A stretch of 57,152 nt of DNA from Octopus bimaculoides. Lineage: Eukaryota. The stretch spans positions 126,776,805-126,833,956 of the forward strand of contig NC_068983.1 in assembly GCF_001194135.2 (NCBI RefSeq), read 5' to 3'. Made by a program: the position numbers and the translations under genes. The notes under the pieces are model-generated. The model had not been told where the DNA came from, ran no database searches, and was given only the letters and a program-made list of their open reading frames with translations. Shown piece by piece: positions 1-11,665 of the stretch (positions within the stretch are counted from its first letter, which is position 1; every line of letters starts with the position of its first letter).

Positions 1-1724
1 ATATATATATATATATATATAGTGAGAAAGATAAAAGAGAATATGTGTGGACGTGTGCATTTGTACAATTGTGTGTAGGTACCTATATGTGGCAGATGTG
101 TTTCTGCATCAACTTCGCAGATTTATCGATATAACGCATGTCTAGTTATAGAAATATATTTCAATCAGTGAAGTTGAATCCATAAGCACATTAATGTGTC
201 GAAAAACAAAAAACAAAAATCACTCCTCTTCGAATTATGAGTATTCTGCTTTCAATATCATGAAAATTATGCGCTTTCTCTTAAAATACGCTTTTGTCCT
301 AAAATAAAGACCTTGCATTCAATATTAAAAAATTGATTATACATCTATATGCACAGAGCAAGCGGAACAGATATAATGATTGTTAAGGAAAATGTTTTAA
401 ACTGAAAACAATCTTTCTGTATTTTGTGTCTGTCTGTGCGTCTATATGTCTTTGTCACTGTCTCTTTCTGTCTCTTTCTTCCCACCTCTCTCTGCAAGCG
501 TTCATTCTGGATACATTAGCGTTAAAAGCAGCTTAATGCAATAAGGCAACAATATATACAAATCTGTAAAGCTAACATGATTGAAATTTTAAAAAAGTTT
601 GTTTTGCATATGTATTGAGTCCCCTCTCTAAAAGCGGTAGCAAAAGATAAAATAAAAGATAAACGATTTCCAGTTTGTAACTCTTTACTCCAAACTGTGG
701 CTGTCAAAGCTGTGATCATTGTATGCATTGGAAATGGCGGAATGGAAGGTTTACATACTAAAATGATGAAATGTGTAGCAACAAAGTAACTTGCTTTTAT
801 TTTCGTTAATCTGTCAGTCTATATCTACTTATTACCTTAGGAACTGCATGACATGAGTCCATTTGTCGGAATTTCTATGAAATTCACACTGAATGCTTTT
901 GCATATATCATGTTGCCATTTGCTGAGAATGCTTTGTAATTGCTATCATGAATAAACTGATGGCTCAAATATAACCGATATGACAGCAGATATATGTTCC
1001 ACGTAATTATACGGGTTGGTTATGAATAATATTTACCAAAGTTTACTTGGGATTTACTGAGAGATAATGTAGCTTAATCCGCAATCAAAACAGCTACGCA
1101 GCAAATTTTGACAAGATGGAAAGATATAGCTGCTATGAGAATTTATCACACTCTCCACAGGTTCCTCTTGTTTATTTATATATTTTAGAAGTTGAAGTTC
1201 GCATCAGTTGAAATATAGGACTCTCTTGATTTTTGTGATACAATGAAAACAGAGTATTTTATTTCTATTACGTATTACTGAAAAACTACTCATTGTTTTT
1301 CATTAACAGTATTTATGAAAGCATATTCTAAGAAAAATGCATCTAGAGTCATTCTCTTCTTTTATAATATTTACCGAAATACTTTCAAAGAAGCGATGTT
1401 GTTTATTGGCATGTTACAATTTAAATGGAATGTTTATAACACCTATTTATCCATATATATTTCAAAGTTCAATTTGTAATCGTAGACAATTCAAATTTAG
1501 ATGTGTTTTACATGTAAAATACATACGACTCTCATCATAACTCTACATGAACACAATTTGCCATAGTAGTTTTATAGCTTTTGCTTGAAAGCAATTTATA
1601 TTACGTTAACTCTAATATGATTACGCCAAAATTGATAATTAATTTGTAGATAAGTAGTGCTTATGTGGCTTATAAAATAAAATAAGTCTTTACTAACTAA
1701 GTTAAAGCGTGAAGACACCCTTCG

Positions 1725-1992
1725 GCCATGCATGACCATGGGATTGCACCTACAAAATTTTCATCCGAAGCACAAGTCCAGGCAAGGTTGCTTCTGAAAA
1801 ATCAGCTGTCACCCATGTATACCAACTGCCCCTCTCCGCATCGCAACTCATTTCTACAGATGCGGAAACTGGAGCAACGTGAAATAAAGTGTCCTACTCA
1901 AGAACACATCACAGAGCCTTTGTTCGGGAATCGAATTTACTACCTCATGATTGGAAGTCTGGCATTCTAACCACTGAGCCATGTGCCTTCAC
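1725..1992 (-). mobile_element. tRNA-derived CORE-SINE
   Basis: Minus strand reads gtgaaggcacatggctcagtggttagaatg (A box) ... aattcgattccc (B box). The plus-strand stretch tttctacagatgcggaaactggagcaacgtgaaataaagtgtcctactcaagaacaca resembles the reverse complement of the MIR/CORE domain (ttttacagatgaggaaactgaggcacagagaggttaagtgacttgcccaaggtcaca, from memory). Confidence 0.75.
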
Positions 1993-4318
1993 CTGTACTC
2001 CCTAAATTACTAATATTGGTTTTTGTGTTGCAAAATGCATACCCCATTTGAGTAATTAGGGAATGTTTCATACGACGGATCATTGAGATTGTACTTTGTG
2101 TAAAACAGTACAACTAACCTGCTTCAATTAAAATCACAATTCTATCTAAATCTAAAACTATATTATGGTCTATCATGGTTCTCAAAAAAGAAAAACAAAA
2201 ACGAGAAATCTGGCAAAAGAACTCCGTCGAGGCCAATCTTTATTTATCCTTGTGTTTAATTACGGAAAGTGTCATTCGACCTGTACGTTTAATGTTAAAG
2301 GGAGAAAAGAAAGTCAGCTATAAAGCATAATTAGCGTTTAATTAACTTAAAATATTTTTGTAACCGGAACTGTTGACATCACTTTTGAAAAACATTGCAG
2401 AAGTTGATACAATTTGCCAATCTGATCTACTTCCGTCCGTTTTAATTTTCTAACAGGTAAATTTTTGAAGCGTCTTATGAAACATTTTTGTGTATGTACA
2501 AATTTATTCACTGTTCTTCAGTCTTTTTTCAGTCTTGAATATACTGAGGACATCGATTAGACTGAAACATACGACGAAACTGGCTGTTGTCTAGAAACAA
2601 CTATCTGCTCTTTCTGTAACTGCTTAAGATAGCGAGTCGACACCAGAATCCGAATCTGTAATGTCTTGATTATATGTCCTCTTTCCTTTTAGAGTCCAAA
2701 ACCTTTGTTGCAACTTTTTAAATTTATTTCATTGACGTACGGGTACATTTAAGTAATGAAGCGGTTTTTGTATGCAGTTTTCAGCCCATTATTCTGTTAC
2801 TTAATGGATGATAATATTTTGAATATAGCGAACATTAAAATCTAATTAGAAATAATTGTGTAGTGAGAAGGCAACATTAGATGACTGAATAATGTTATTA
2901 CAATCTTTTCGGTATGTTTGCGAGAAAATTCTCGGCATCATAATTTCTGATACTATATCTTCAGTGAAATTTCAACTGCTTTAGTCCAGTTATTTCATTA
3001 ATATCAGCATTTTATATATATGCGTTTCCTGTATTATTAGAAATATAAATGATTTATTCCTTTAAATGATAGGTTCATACATTTTATCTTTTTACTCTCA
3101 TATTTAGTCTGTCGACAAAATTACTTCGTTTGGTGTGAATTGTCTTTGACCATATGTTGAAACTGAACAAACTAAATGGTGGAATATGTATTTGTAGGAG
3201 ACTCCATAACAATTTCTGAAGTACTAGAAGGGCATCCATTAATATTTGTAGCTACCTCATTATTATATTTTAGTACTATGATCTATTTTGAATCGAGAAA
3301 CAATTTCGATGCCCAACCGAGCAATTGTGTGCGTGACCCAGTAGCTGACGTTTTTACGATAAAACATGAGATTCATGCATACGTTATAACTGAAATGTAA
3401 TTTTTGTCATGTGTTCTAAATATGACTTGTCCGACAGGTAATTTTTCGAGAATATTTCCTACGAATATTAAATGGCAACCAACATTATAGAATATCATTC
3501 GTATAATGCTCTTTGTGACATCTACAAAGTTTACACACGGCTTTTCAGCAATTGCTTTTTTTTTTTTTTCATATATGGCAAGATAAAGAGGTTAAAGCCT
3601 TAACAGAATGCATCAAAGAAAGATGAAAGTGCAAACCCAGATTGCAGGATTACTTAAATACAACAGAATCTCATTTGCACATCGGTCAAAAATCAATAAT
3701 TAGGATAATGAATGCGGACTGCAAAGCGAAGAAATACTGATCACAAATGTTGATTGAGAACGGGCTTAATTCAGTACCTATCTCTCGAATATTATCCTTG
3801 TCTATTGAATCTCTGATTTTCCTTCATGTTCAAGCAATAAAAATTATTGATTTGTTTTTTAGTATTATCAGGATTATGAGAAATACGCTGATTGACATCG
3901 CTGTTTAATAGCTTCCAAATGAAATCGTGTTCTCTGAGCACACCCATTTTCATTGACTATAGTGTTCAATGCTGCTTTGAAGTGCATTTTTTTCTCAGAG
4001 AGAGAGTGAGTTTTGCGTTTATAATAAAATATAAAATCGTGTTTTTGTTCATTGCAACACTATGACATGTATTTATATTCTAAGCTTTTTATTTCATCTT
4101 TATCTCGATATGTGATGTATTCATATTCAGTATCGAACAGTACTTATTTATCCACTTCTAAATAAAGATGAACAGTATGTTTGAGAAAAGGATGGCGGAT
4201 GAGCCGATGCTGAGGGTTACATAGATCTGCTTTTCATATCTATCTGCTTACATTCCTACCTACCTGCCTACTGACACAATACACACACGCATACAAACGT
4301 ATACATATACACATATAC

Positions 4319-4707
4319 GTTGTTGTTGTTGGCACTCCGTCGCTTACGACGTCGAGGTTTCCAGTTGATCCCATCAACGGAACAACCTGCTCGTGAAATT
4401 AACGTGCAAGTGGCTGAGCACTCCATAGACACGTGTACCCTTAACGTAGTTCTCGGGAATACTCAGCATGACACAGTGTGACAAGGCTGGCCCTTTGAAT
4501 TACAGGTACAACAGAAACAGGAAGTAAGAGTACGAGAAAGTGGTGTTGAAAGAGTACAGCAGGGTTCGCCACCATCAACTGCCGGAGCCTCGTGGAGCTT
4601 TAGGTGTTTTCGCTCAATAAACACTCACAACGCCCGCTCTAGGAATCGAAACCGCGATCCTATGACCGCGAGTCCGCTGCCCTAACCACTGGGCCATTGC
4701 GCCTCCA
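4319..4707 (-). mobile_element. tRNA-derived SINE family A, full length, (CAA)n tail
   Basis: Minus-strand head tggaggcgcaatggcccagtggttagggcagcggactcgcggtcataggatcgcggtttcgattcc has A and B boxes; the tail ends in gttgttgttgtt on the plus strand. Closely matches the copy at 7777-8154 in opposite orientation. Confidence 0.9.
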
Positions 4708-5121
4708 TCTAATACACATATACATACGCACACATACACACACACACGCACACACATACACATACACACACACACATATGTATATATATAATACAAAAAA
4801 GAGACAAGAACGTAACAGGCAACAAGAAAACATCCAGACAGATGATACAAAAAGAACGGGTCATTCGGAGATTTCTTTCATCAGTCGAGGTCCACGGTAT
4901 CTTTGCAGTTTCGACTGGTTATACTTGACTGCACCAGTCTGGCCAGACCCAATGAAAAATCTATGCTAAGAGCACTTGGAATAATGCAGCGAATGTATAC
5001 GAAAACAAGGACGGGAAAAAACGGAGAAATGGTACACAAATACAAATGCAAACAACAGTATATTAACAACAGGTGTCTTTCGACTAAGGGCGAATTAAAT
5101 TAAGCTGGCGTGTGTGGCAGG

Positions 5122-5186
<65 letters not shown>

Positions 5187-5187
<1 letters not shown>

Positions 5188-6283
5188 TAGCAGAGTTACC
5201 CGGCGTTGCGCGGGATTAAAATGGCATAGTTTGTATATAACATATTACAGTTATGTTGAAACCGGTGATGTGAGAAAGTGCAGTGTTGACAACAAAACAT
5301 TTGTCAAGTAAATGCTAGGCTAGTTCAGCTAAGCAACATGCTGTTTGTAGCCGAAATATTACTGCATCTTTTGGTACACCCTACGTCAAAATCAGTAACT
5401 CGGTTTTGGAATGCATAAGGAATATACATATATAGGACAGACTTCTTTCAAACTGAAAGTATTATCTCACATTACCGAAATAGTGTAAGAGATAAGAGAA
5501 TGTTCTGGGCTCACATTAGGTAAGAAGTTGGAAATTGATTTGTCCCATGACAATGTATGGACCTTGGATTTTGTATTTGACGACTGTTGCTTTAAGTATT
5601 TTATTTCGATTTTACGTATATATGTGTATGTGTATGTATGAGCCAATGAGTGTGCCCTCTATATGGTAGTGATATCTGATAGAAATAGCAGCCAATTCTC
5701 CCTCAAAACACCCTATCGTCTTAATCTGACAATTCTGCCTATTATGTAGTCGAATGAGAAACTGTAACTAAAGCTTAAGATTATTAACCCGAAACTTGGA
5801 CGATGTTAAGTGGTGGAGAGACATGGAGAGAGGAAAGAAGAGAGACAGCATAGCGACGGTTTTGGCTGACTGTCATCCTGTATTCCCCTTGATGCTAGCG
5901 AAATGGTATATGCCGGCTCTCTGAGCAAACATGTTGCTTTTAATGACGGAACAAACAGGACAAATAGATTATAAAAATAGCGATTCTAACTTCTTTCAAA
6001 CTAACAATTTTGAGAATATTTTTTCGGGTTAATGATCTTAAGCTTTAGTTACAGTTTCTCATTCGAACTACATAATAGGTAGAATTGTCAGATTAAGACG
6101 ACAGGGTGTTTTGAGGGAGATTTGACTGCTATTTCTATCAGATATAACTACCATGTAGAGGTCTTCATCATTGGCTCATATATACACATTCACATATATA
6201 CATGTATCCATGTTTAAAGCTTCAGCGCGATCGGATGAACAACACTCGTCTTATAACCGCACAAACAGATAGACAGAACGGAT

Positions 6284-6320
<37 letters not shown>
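5187..6320 (-). mobile_element. Non-autonomous Helitron-like element containing a foldback insertion
   Basis: Minus-strand 3' end reads cccgcgc-aac-gccggg hairpin (5199-5214), 8 nt, CTAG (5187-5190), then T, the canonical Helitron hairpin-CTRR|T end. The presumed 5' end runs into (TA)n at ~6286-6325 and is approximate. Confidence 0.65.
5617..6202. mobile_element. Foldback / MITE-like element with ~180-bp inverted arms
   Basis: 5617-5794 (atgagccaatgag...ttaagattattaacccgaaa) is the near-exact reverse complement of 6022-6202 (tttcgggttaatgatcttaag...cattggctcat), with a ~227-bp spacer. Confidence 0.85.
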
Positions 6321-6323
<3 letters not shown>

Positions 6324-7751
6324 TATACATTTGTATGTATGCATTCCAAGTCATCCATTACGAACATATAGGGACACTATATTGTTTATGCACATTTATT
6401 CTTCATTTGTATCTTTAAGTTTAATTTTTAAATATATTTGTGTTGTGTAAACAATGGGCAAAATACCGAAATAATTTCTCTTTTGTCGTAGAGCATTCTT
6501 AGCGAGCAAACATATGGCTTAGGTGTTAATGTGTGCCTGGTTGCCACAGTTCGGGCGTAAGTAATTTAATTTTTCTAACCGAGTGTTGTTCCTAGGTGAA
6601 CATTCTATAAGAATTTTCCATAACCAGGAAGAGCAGATTATTTTGTTTCTCTGTAAATACATTGTATGCCTTTGCCTTCTGATCTTTCGCCCGCTGTTTG
6701 TGGACTTTTATGTATAAGGAAGCTTTATAGAACCTTTTCCTTTTCAATGTTCACTCTAGAAGTGTTTTCTAATATAAATGATTCGAAGTTTCACAAGTGA
6801 CGATGCACATATGGTGAATAAATTTATATCCCTCTATACGTTTATATATAATATTTCATGAATCCTTTTATTCTAAATGGCTATTTTAAATATAATGAAG
6901 AGCATTCTGCTAAAAAATATAATTACTTTCGAATCGGTGGATCTTTAAAATTTTCCCAGCACGGATAGACTAAAAATCAATAATGGTATTAACACAAACA
7001 CCTGCATAACTGACATTTTCTTTTTTGCTTTGGCCGTCATAAAATGCACATTTCTACTCTATGCCGTTTACCAATAAGAGCATAAAATTAATTAAATTAG
7101 CTAATATCATATGCTCTAGAACGTACGATCCAATAACGTCCACTCGATAGAATGACATAAAATGTGACTGATAACCGTTTTCTCTATCTTTGATATAGAA
7201 ATATATTTCATAGTGCATACTGTAAGTCTTAGGAACTCGTAGATATGTTTTTAAATCACGATAGGAAAGATTGCAGGTATCAAGTCCAATTACAATTTCT
7301 TATCACAGGCATTAAGCATTCGTATAGCGTTAAGGTTTTGACTTATTGATATATATTACAAACAACACTACAATCTACGTAATGTTTGCAATTATGTCCA
7401 CAGAAATAAAGGCCAATACAAACGAAGTTCTTTTCTCAAAGCCCGCCTGGAACACTTGCGGTCCCACCAATTCTGCAATAGTTGTGATACAAAAGAAACC
7501 TTGTTGTAATACGTATCAGAGTCATACTGTAATAGCTTCTTTGTGTGGAACACAAAACAATTTGATCAGATGTTTGCCAAACATATCATCTTACATTAGG
7601 AATATTTGTTTTATAGCTGGATTTTGAGAAGATGCAACACGTGTGTCGCATCTTTAGCTTGTTACATTGGAACTAGTTTTTTCCCCGGCTTCTGTTTTGG
7701 TCACAATGACGACATTTTGTAGGGTATTGTTTTTCTATAATCGTGTGGATT

Positions 7752-8370
7752 TAAAGGCGGCATACTGCCAGAATCGTGGAGGCGCAATGGCCCAGTGGTT
7801 AGGGCAGCGGACTCGCGGTCATAGGAACAAGGTTTCGATTCCCAGACCGGGGGTTGTGAGTGTTTATTGAGCGAAAACATCTAAAGCTCCACGAGGCTGC
7901 GGCAGGGGGTGGTGGCGAACCCTGCTGTACTATTTCACCACAACTTTCTCTCACTCTTACTTCCTGTTTCTGTTGTGCCTGTAATTCACGCTGTGTCACG
8001 GTGAATATCCTCGAGAACTACGTTAAGGGTACACGTGTCTGTGGAGTGCTCAGCCACTTGCACGTTAATTTCACGAGCAGGCTGTTCCGTTGATCGGAGC
8101 AACTGGAACCCTCGACGTCGTAAGCGACGGAGTGCCAACAACAACAACAACAACTCCCAGAATCATTGGCACGCTGGGAAAATGCTTAACGGCATTTCGT
8201 CCGTCTTTATGTTATGATTTCATATTCTACCAAGTTCTGCTATTCCATTCTTCAATTCTGGATCGATAAAATAAATGCCTGTTGAGCACTGGGGTCATGC
8301 AATCGACTTAGCTCCTCCCCGAGTTTGCTGTCCATGTGCAAAAATATCAAATCAATGTTTGTGTGGAGCA
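7752..8370 (+). mobile_element. SINE family C copy split by the family A insertion (7752-7775 and 8157-8370)
   Basis: taaaggcggcatactgccagaatc joined to attggcacgctgggaaaatgcttaacggcatttcgtccg... reconstitutes the head seen intact at 15583 (taaggcggcgagctgacagaatcgttagc). Confidence 0.75.
7777..8154 (+). mobile_element. tRNA-derived SINE family A, full length, inserted into a family C SINE
   Basis: Head tggaggcgcaatggcccagtggttaggg, tail cgtcgtaagcgacggagtgcc(aac)n. Flanked by the 8-bp direct repeat ccagaatc at 7768-7775 and 8157-8164. Confidence 0.9.
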
Positions 8371-8872
8371 GGTCTAATCACTGTGGTGGTATTTATTTTG
8401 TATCTTGAAGTTTATGCATATGTGACACTTCTTATTATTGGAAAGTATTTCGTCATGCTATTCGATAACCAATGCTACTCGTATATATAGCAGCAAGCTT
8501 TCGAAATGTAGTTCAAGTTCTGATTATATGTGTGGATGAAGTTTTATATAAAGCTGTTATAGAAACTTCTTAATAATAAAGTTGTGTATAGAAATACGGA
8601 TTATTTAAACCAAGTTACGTGAAAGCAGTTACATAGTTATATGTTCCTGATTCAATGAAGAATGATAACGTATTTCAGGCAAAGATTTATTGAAGTAAAC
8701 TAGCGGCAGAATTTCGCACGTTTTCTAACAGTTTCAATAATTTTAGCACAAAAGGAAATTCACCATGTTTATTTCAAAACCTTGCAAAATATATTTTCAA
8801 TTCAGCACCCGGCGATTATATAGAAATGAAAAGAGAAACAAATAAGAATAATACAACACTTTACACTTTGAC

Positions 8873-9194
8873 CCTAAATCTGAATTCTCAAATATGCCAT
8901 GTATATGTTGGCTATTATCGGTGATAATGGCGAATCCATAGCTAAACTCTCATCATGTCGATATATATCGGTGTCCATTCTGAAATAGGTAGTTTCTACA
9001 CAGAAGGTCAACATCTCCATCAAGTTTCCTCTTGTTATACTAGTGCGCTCACCAGTTTTTCTTGAATCATTGATAGTGCTTCATCAGTTGGAACTTTGGT
9101 AAACAGACTTATCACATTCAGACTCACCATCTGGTTGAATCCAATGGGTGTATCCTCGATCAATTCTGTGAAGTGGATAGAATTCTTCACGTAC
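8873..9194 (-). mobile_element. Penelope-like element RT fragment (Poseidon-like), decayed
   Basis: Minus-strand translation YVKNSIHFTELIEDTPIGFNQMVSLNVISLFTKVPTDEALSMIQEKL, then after a frameshift LMEMLTFCVETTYFRMDTDIYRHDESLAMDSPLSPIIANIYM. Matches PLE RT motifs SxDVxSLFTxVP and GLAMGSPLSPxxAN. Confidence 0.85.
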
Positions 9195-9425
9195 AATCAG
9201 CTAGCATTCCTGGACGTATTAAATTATATAATAATAATAACATTGAAATATATCTTAGGAATGAGAACCCATGTTCTAAATTTCCCCAGGATACCTGAAG
9301 AAGGCTGGAGAGTATATCAGCCGAAACGTTGTGTTAACAACAAACAAGATGAGGACAAATATCCGTCAAATGTAAACAATATAAATAATGTACACAATTA
9401 CCCATTTCTCAAATATAGAACTTAA
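9195..9425 (+). mobile_element. PLE-derived segment: RT motif NQLAFLDVL plus pLTR-like 3' end
   Basis: aatcagctagcattcctggacgtatta encodes NQLAFLDVL (cf. PLE NxLPFLDV) on the strand opposite the adjacent RT fragment, followed by a hammerhead-like motif. Confidence 0.65.
9290..9335 (+). ncRNA. Minimal type I hammerhead ribozyme motif (PLE-type)
   Basis: gatac-CTGAAGA-a-GGCTG(gagagtatat)CAGCC-GAAAC-GTT-gtgtt. Conserved CUGAnGA and GAAA cores, perfect 5-bp stem II, stem I gatac/gtgtt with two G-U pairs, and palindromic ACGU in place of stem III. Confidence 0.65.
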
Positions 9426-9633
9426 GATGTTTCTTGCTATTATAAAAGTGTCAAGTCCCTTTGTTTTGGCATTCTCTGATCACATCATATATGTTTCGGA
9501 AACAGAACACATCATTCTCTCCGTAAACACTCTTGGCCCTGGGGTGAGAGATGATCTATAAATCAAAATGTTTACAATCCATTCCCCGTTATGCTATTGA
9601 TTGACAGAGAAAATAGAAAGAGATAGAGAGTGA

Positions 9634-9640
9634 GGTACAA

Positions 9641-9712
<72 letters not shown>

Positions 9713-9744
9713 TGTATGTTTGTGTAAGAGAGTGAGTGAGGTAC

Positions 9745-9779
<35 letters not shown>

Positions 9780-9838
9780 GAGAGAGCGAGAGAGAGAGAG
9801 CGAGAGAGAGAGAGAGAGCGAGAGAGAGAGAGAGCGAG
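9634..9838 (+). repeat. (GA)n microsatellite, two tracts
   Basis: Long gaga runs interrupted near 9710-9745. Confidence 0.95.
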
Positions 9839-10518
9839 AAGAGCTATCTAGGTGTTCAATTGTGCTGTATTTTAAAAAGAATATGGTCACCAATGAAGTT
9901 TTAGGCGGCATATGCACTGGCAGTTTCCTCGCGTGTAATATAAGAAACAACTTTTCAATTACATTTTTTACTAGAAGCAAAACATATCTTAGTTCTTTTG
10001 AATTAAGGCTGTTCTATGCAAGAATTCCTTGGTGATAGCTTGGAAATATAAAACAGTAATAATTCGAAATCGAATATCAACGTTTCTAAGTTTCTTCATT
10101 CCTTTACTCCGATGTTGTGAATCTGTCCTACACAGAAGCTAGTGCTACGAGTTAGGTTAGCCAGATCAGCGATATATTTAAACGTAAATGACAAGAAACG
10201 TCAACGTCATGAAAAATATTACCGTATGATGTACAGGATATGTCGTTGCTGTGTTACAGAGCATAATACTTTCAAACACCCAAAAAGATAATCGTAAGAA
10301 AGCTATGAATAACACATAATTTTTCAATCCAACATACATACATACAAAAACACACACTATAACACACATGCACACACAAATACATGTGTACACGAACACA
10401 TATATGTACGTATACACACAGTTATGTATGTATGTGTGTATGTATGTATACATGTATGCATTTATACATATATACATATATGTAAACTAACACGCATACA
10501 GACACGCATATGTCCATG

Positions 10519-10590
10519 CACTGTGGCCGAATGGTTTAGATGTTAGCTTTGCAAACACAAGATTCCGGGATCAAGTATCTGCGACAAATC
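10519..10590 (+). mobile_element. Isolated degenerate tRNA-like SINE head
   Basis: gcactgtggccgaatggtttagatgttagc...ccgggatcaagtatc: A-box and B-box-like motifs at tRNA spacing, no recognisable body. Confidence 0.45.
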
Positions 10591-11586
10591 AACGATAAAT
10601 TTCATTTTCTATACTTTGCTTCCAGTCAAGCGCCGCATGAAAAATTGAGTAGAAAGAAACGGCACAGGAATCCATAGAACGGTCTCTCTGCATCAGAATT
10701 ACATTAAGAGTGCACGCGGCAATATAATTCTTAGGCAAATACGCATTAATTGAATGAATAGATAATGTACTTGATTGCACTTCAGAATCAAATTCGATAA
10801 AATGTATATTAAAATATTTAAATATGGGTATTCTTATATATACTTCTATTTGTTGTTTGCATAATGGCGTATATATCAATATCTACACATACATGCATAT
10901 ATATAAACACAAACGGATTGTCACGTTTTACACTACACACACATGCACCCACACATATCCACACACATATGAGCATACATACAAGTATATATATTGTTGT
11001 CTATGTAAGTATGGAGTTGGACATGTGTGCCTGTGTATATGTGTAAAAATTTGTCGATACTTACAATGCAATTTGCAATATAAAAGTGAAAGATATCGTA
11101 AAGAGCTTATTCCCATCACCGAACTTTCTCCCTACGCTCAATATTTTACACATTATGCTCAACCGTCCATATATGTTAAACACGAGGAAATACGGAGAGT
11201 TTACAGTTAAATGCACTTTTATTTCAATATTCAAAGCTCCATGTCGTCTCTATGGTTACATGCTATAAAATATAATCTCTGGCGAATTTCCGATATTGTT
11301 TCTCTTCTAGGCTATAAAATGTAATCAATGTTACATACTTGTGTTTCCGTTGCTCACTAAGACTATTCGGCAAATCCTATTTAGGTGACACATATGCACT
11401 TTTCGTTTCAGACAAACAACACAGCATTTGTTGTAAAGAAATCAGCTGTAAATACTAGAGCTTGAGAGGTATGAAGAAATATTATAACTGATGTACTTAT
11501 TCAGACTGACACACAAAGAGAGAAAAAGAATGAAGGCGAGATTGATTTTCCTTCCACTCGTAATTATAGGACATATCTGTTACACA

Positions 11587-11665
<79 letters not shown>

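Noticed and set aside
2225-2520. Segment resembling an Octopus interspersed repeat I recall
   Set aside because: No second copy, TIR or TSD in this window to support it.
2546-2580. CTGAGGA...GAAAC spacing
   Set aside because: The intervening sequence does not form stem II.
4640-4707. tRNA gene-like sequence (also at 1992, 7777, 10519 and 50773)
   Set aside because: These are SINE heads: no complete cloverleaf, and they continue into SINE bodies rather than a terminator.
4858-4888. Minus-strand CTGATGA-a-agaaatctcc-GAAT, with a similar half-motif at ~31150-31175
   Set aside because: The GAAA core is not intact and the stems are poor.
11412-11468. 57-bp segment with a good acceptor (ttttcgtttcag) and donor (gag|gtatga)
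   Set aside because: Stop codons in all three frames and no other support; a non-coding exon cannot be excluded.
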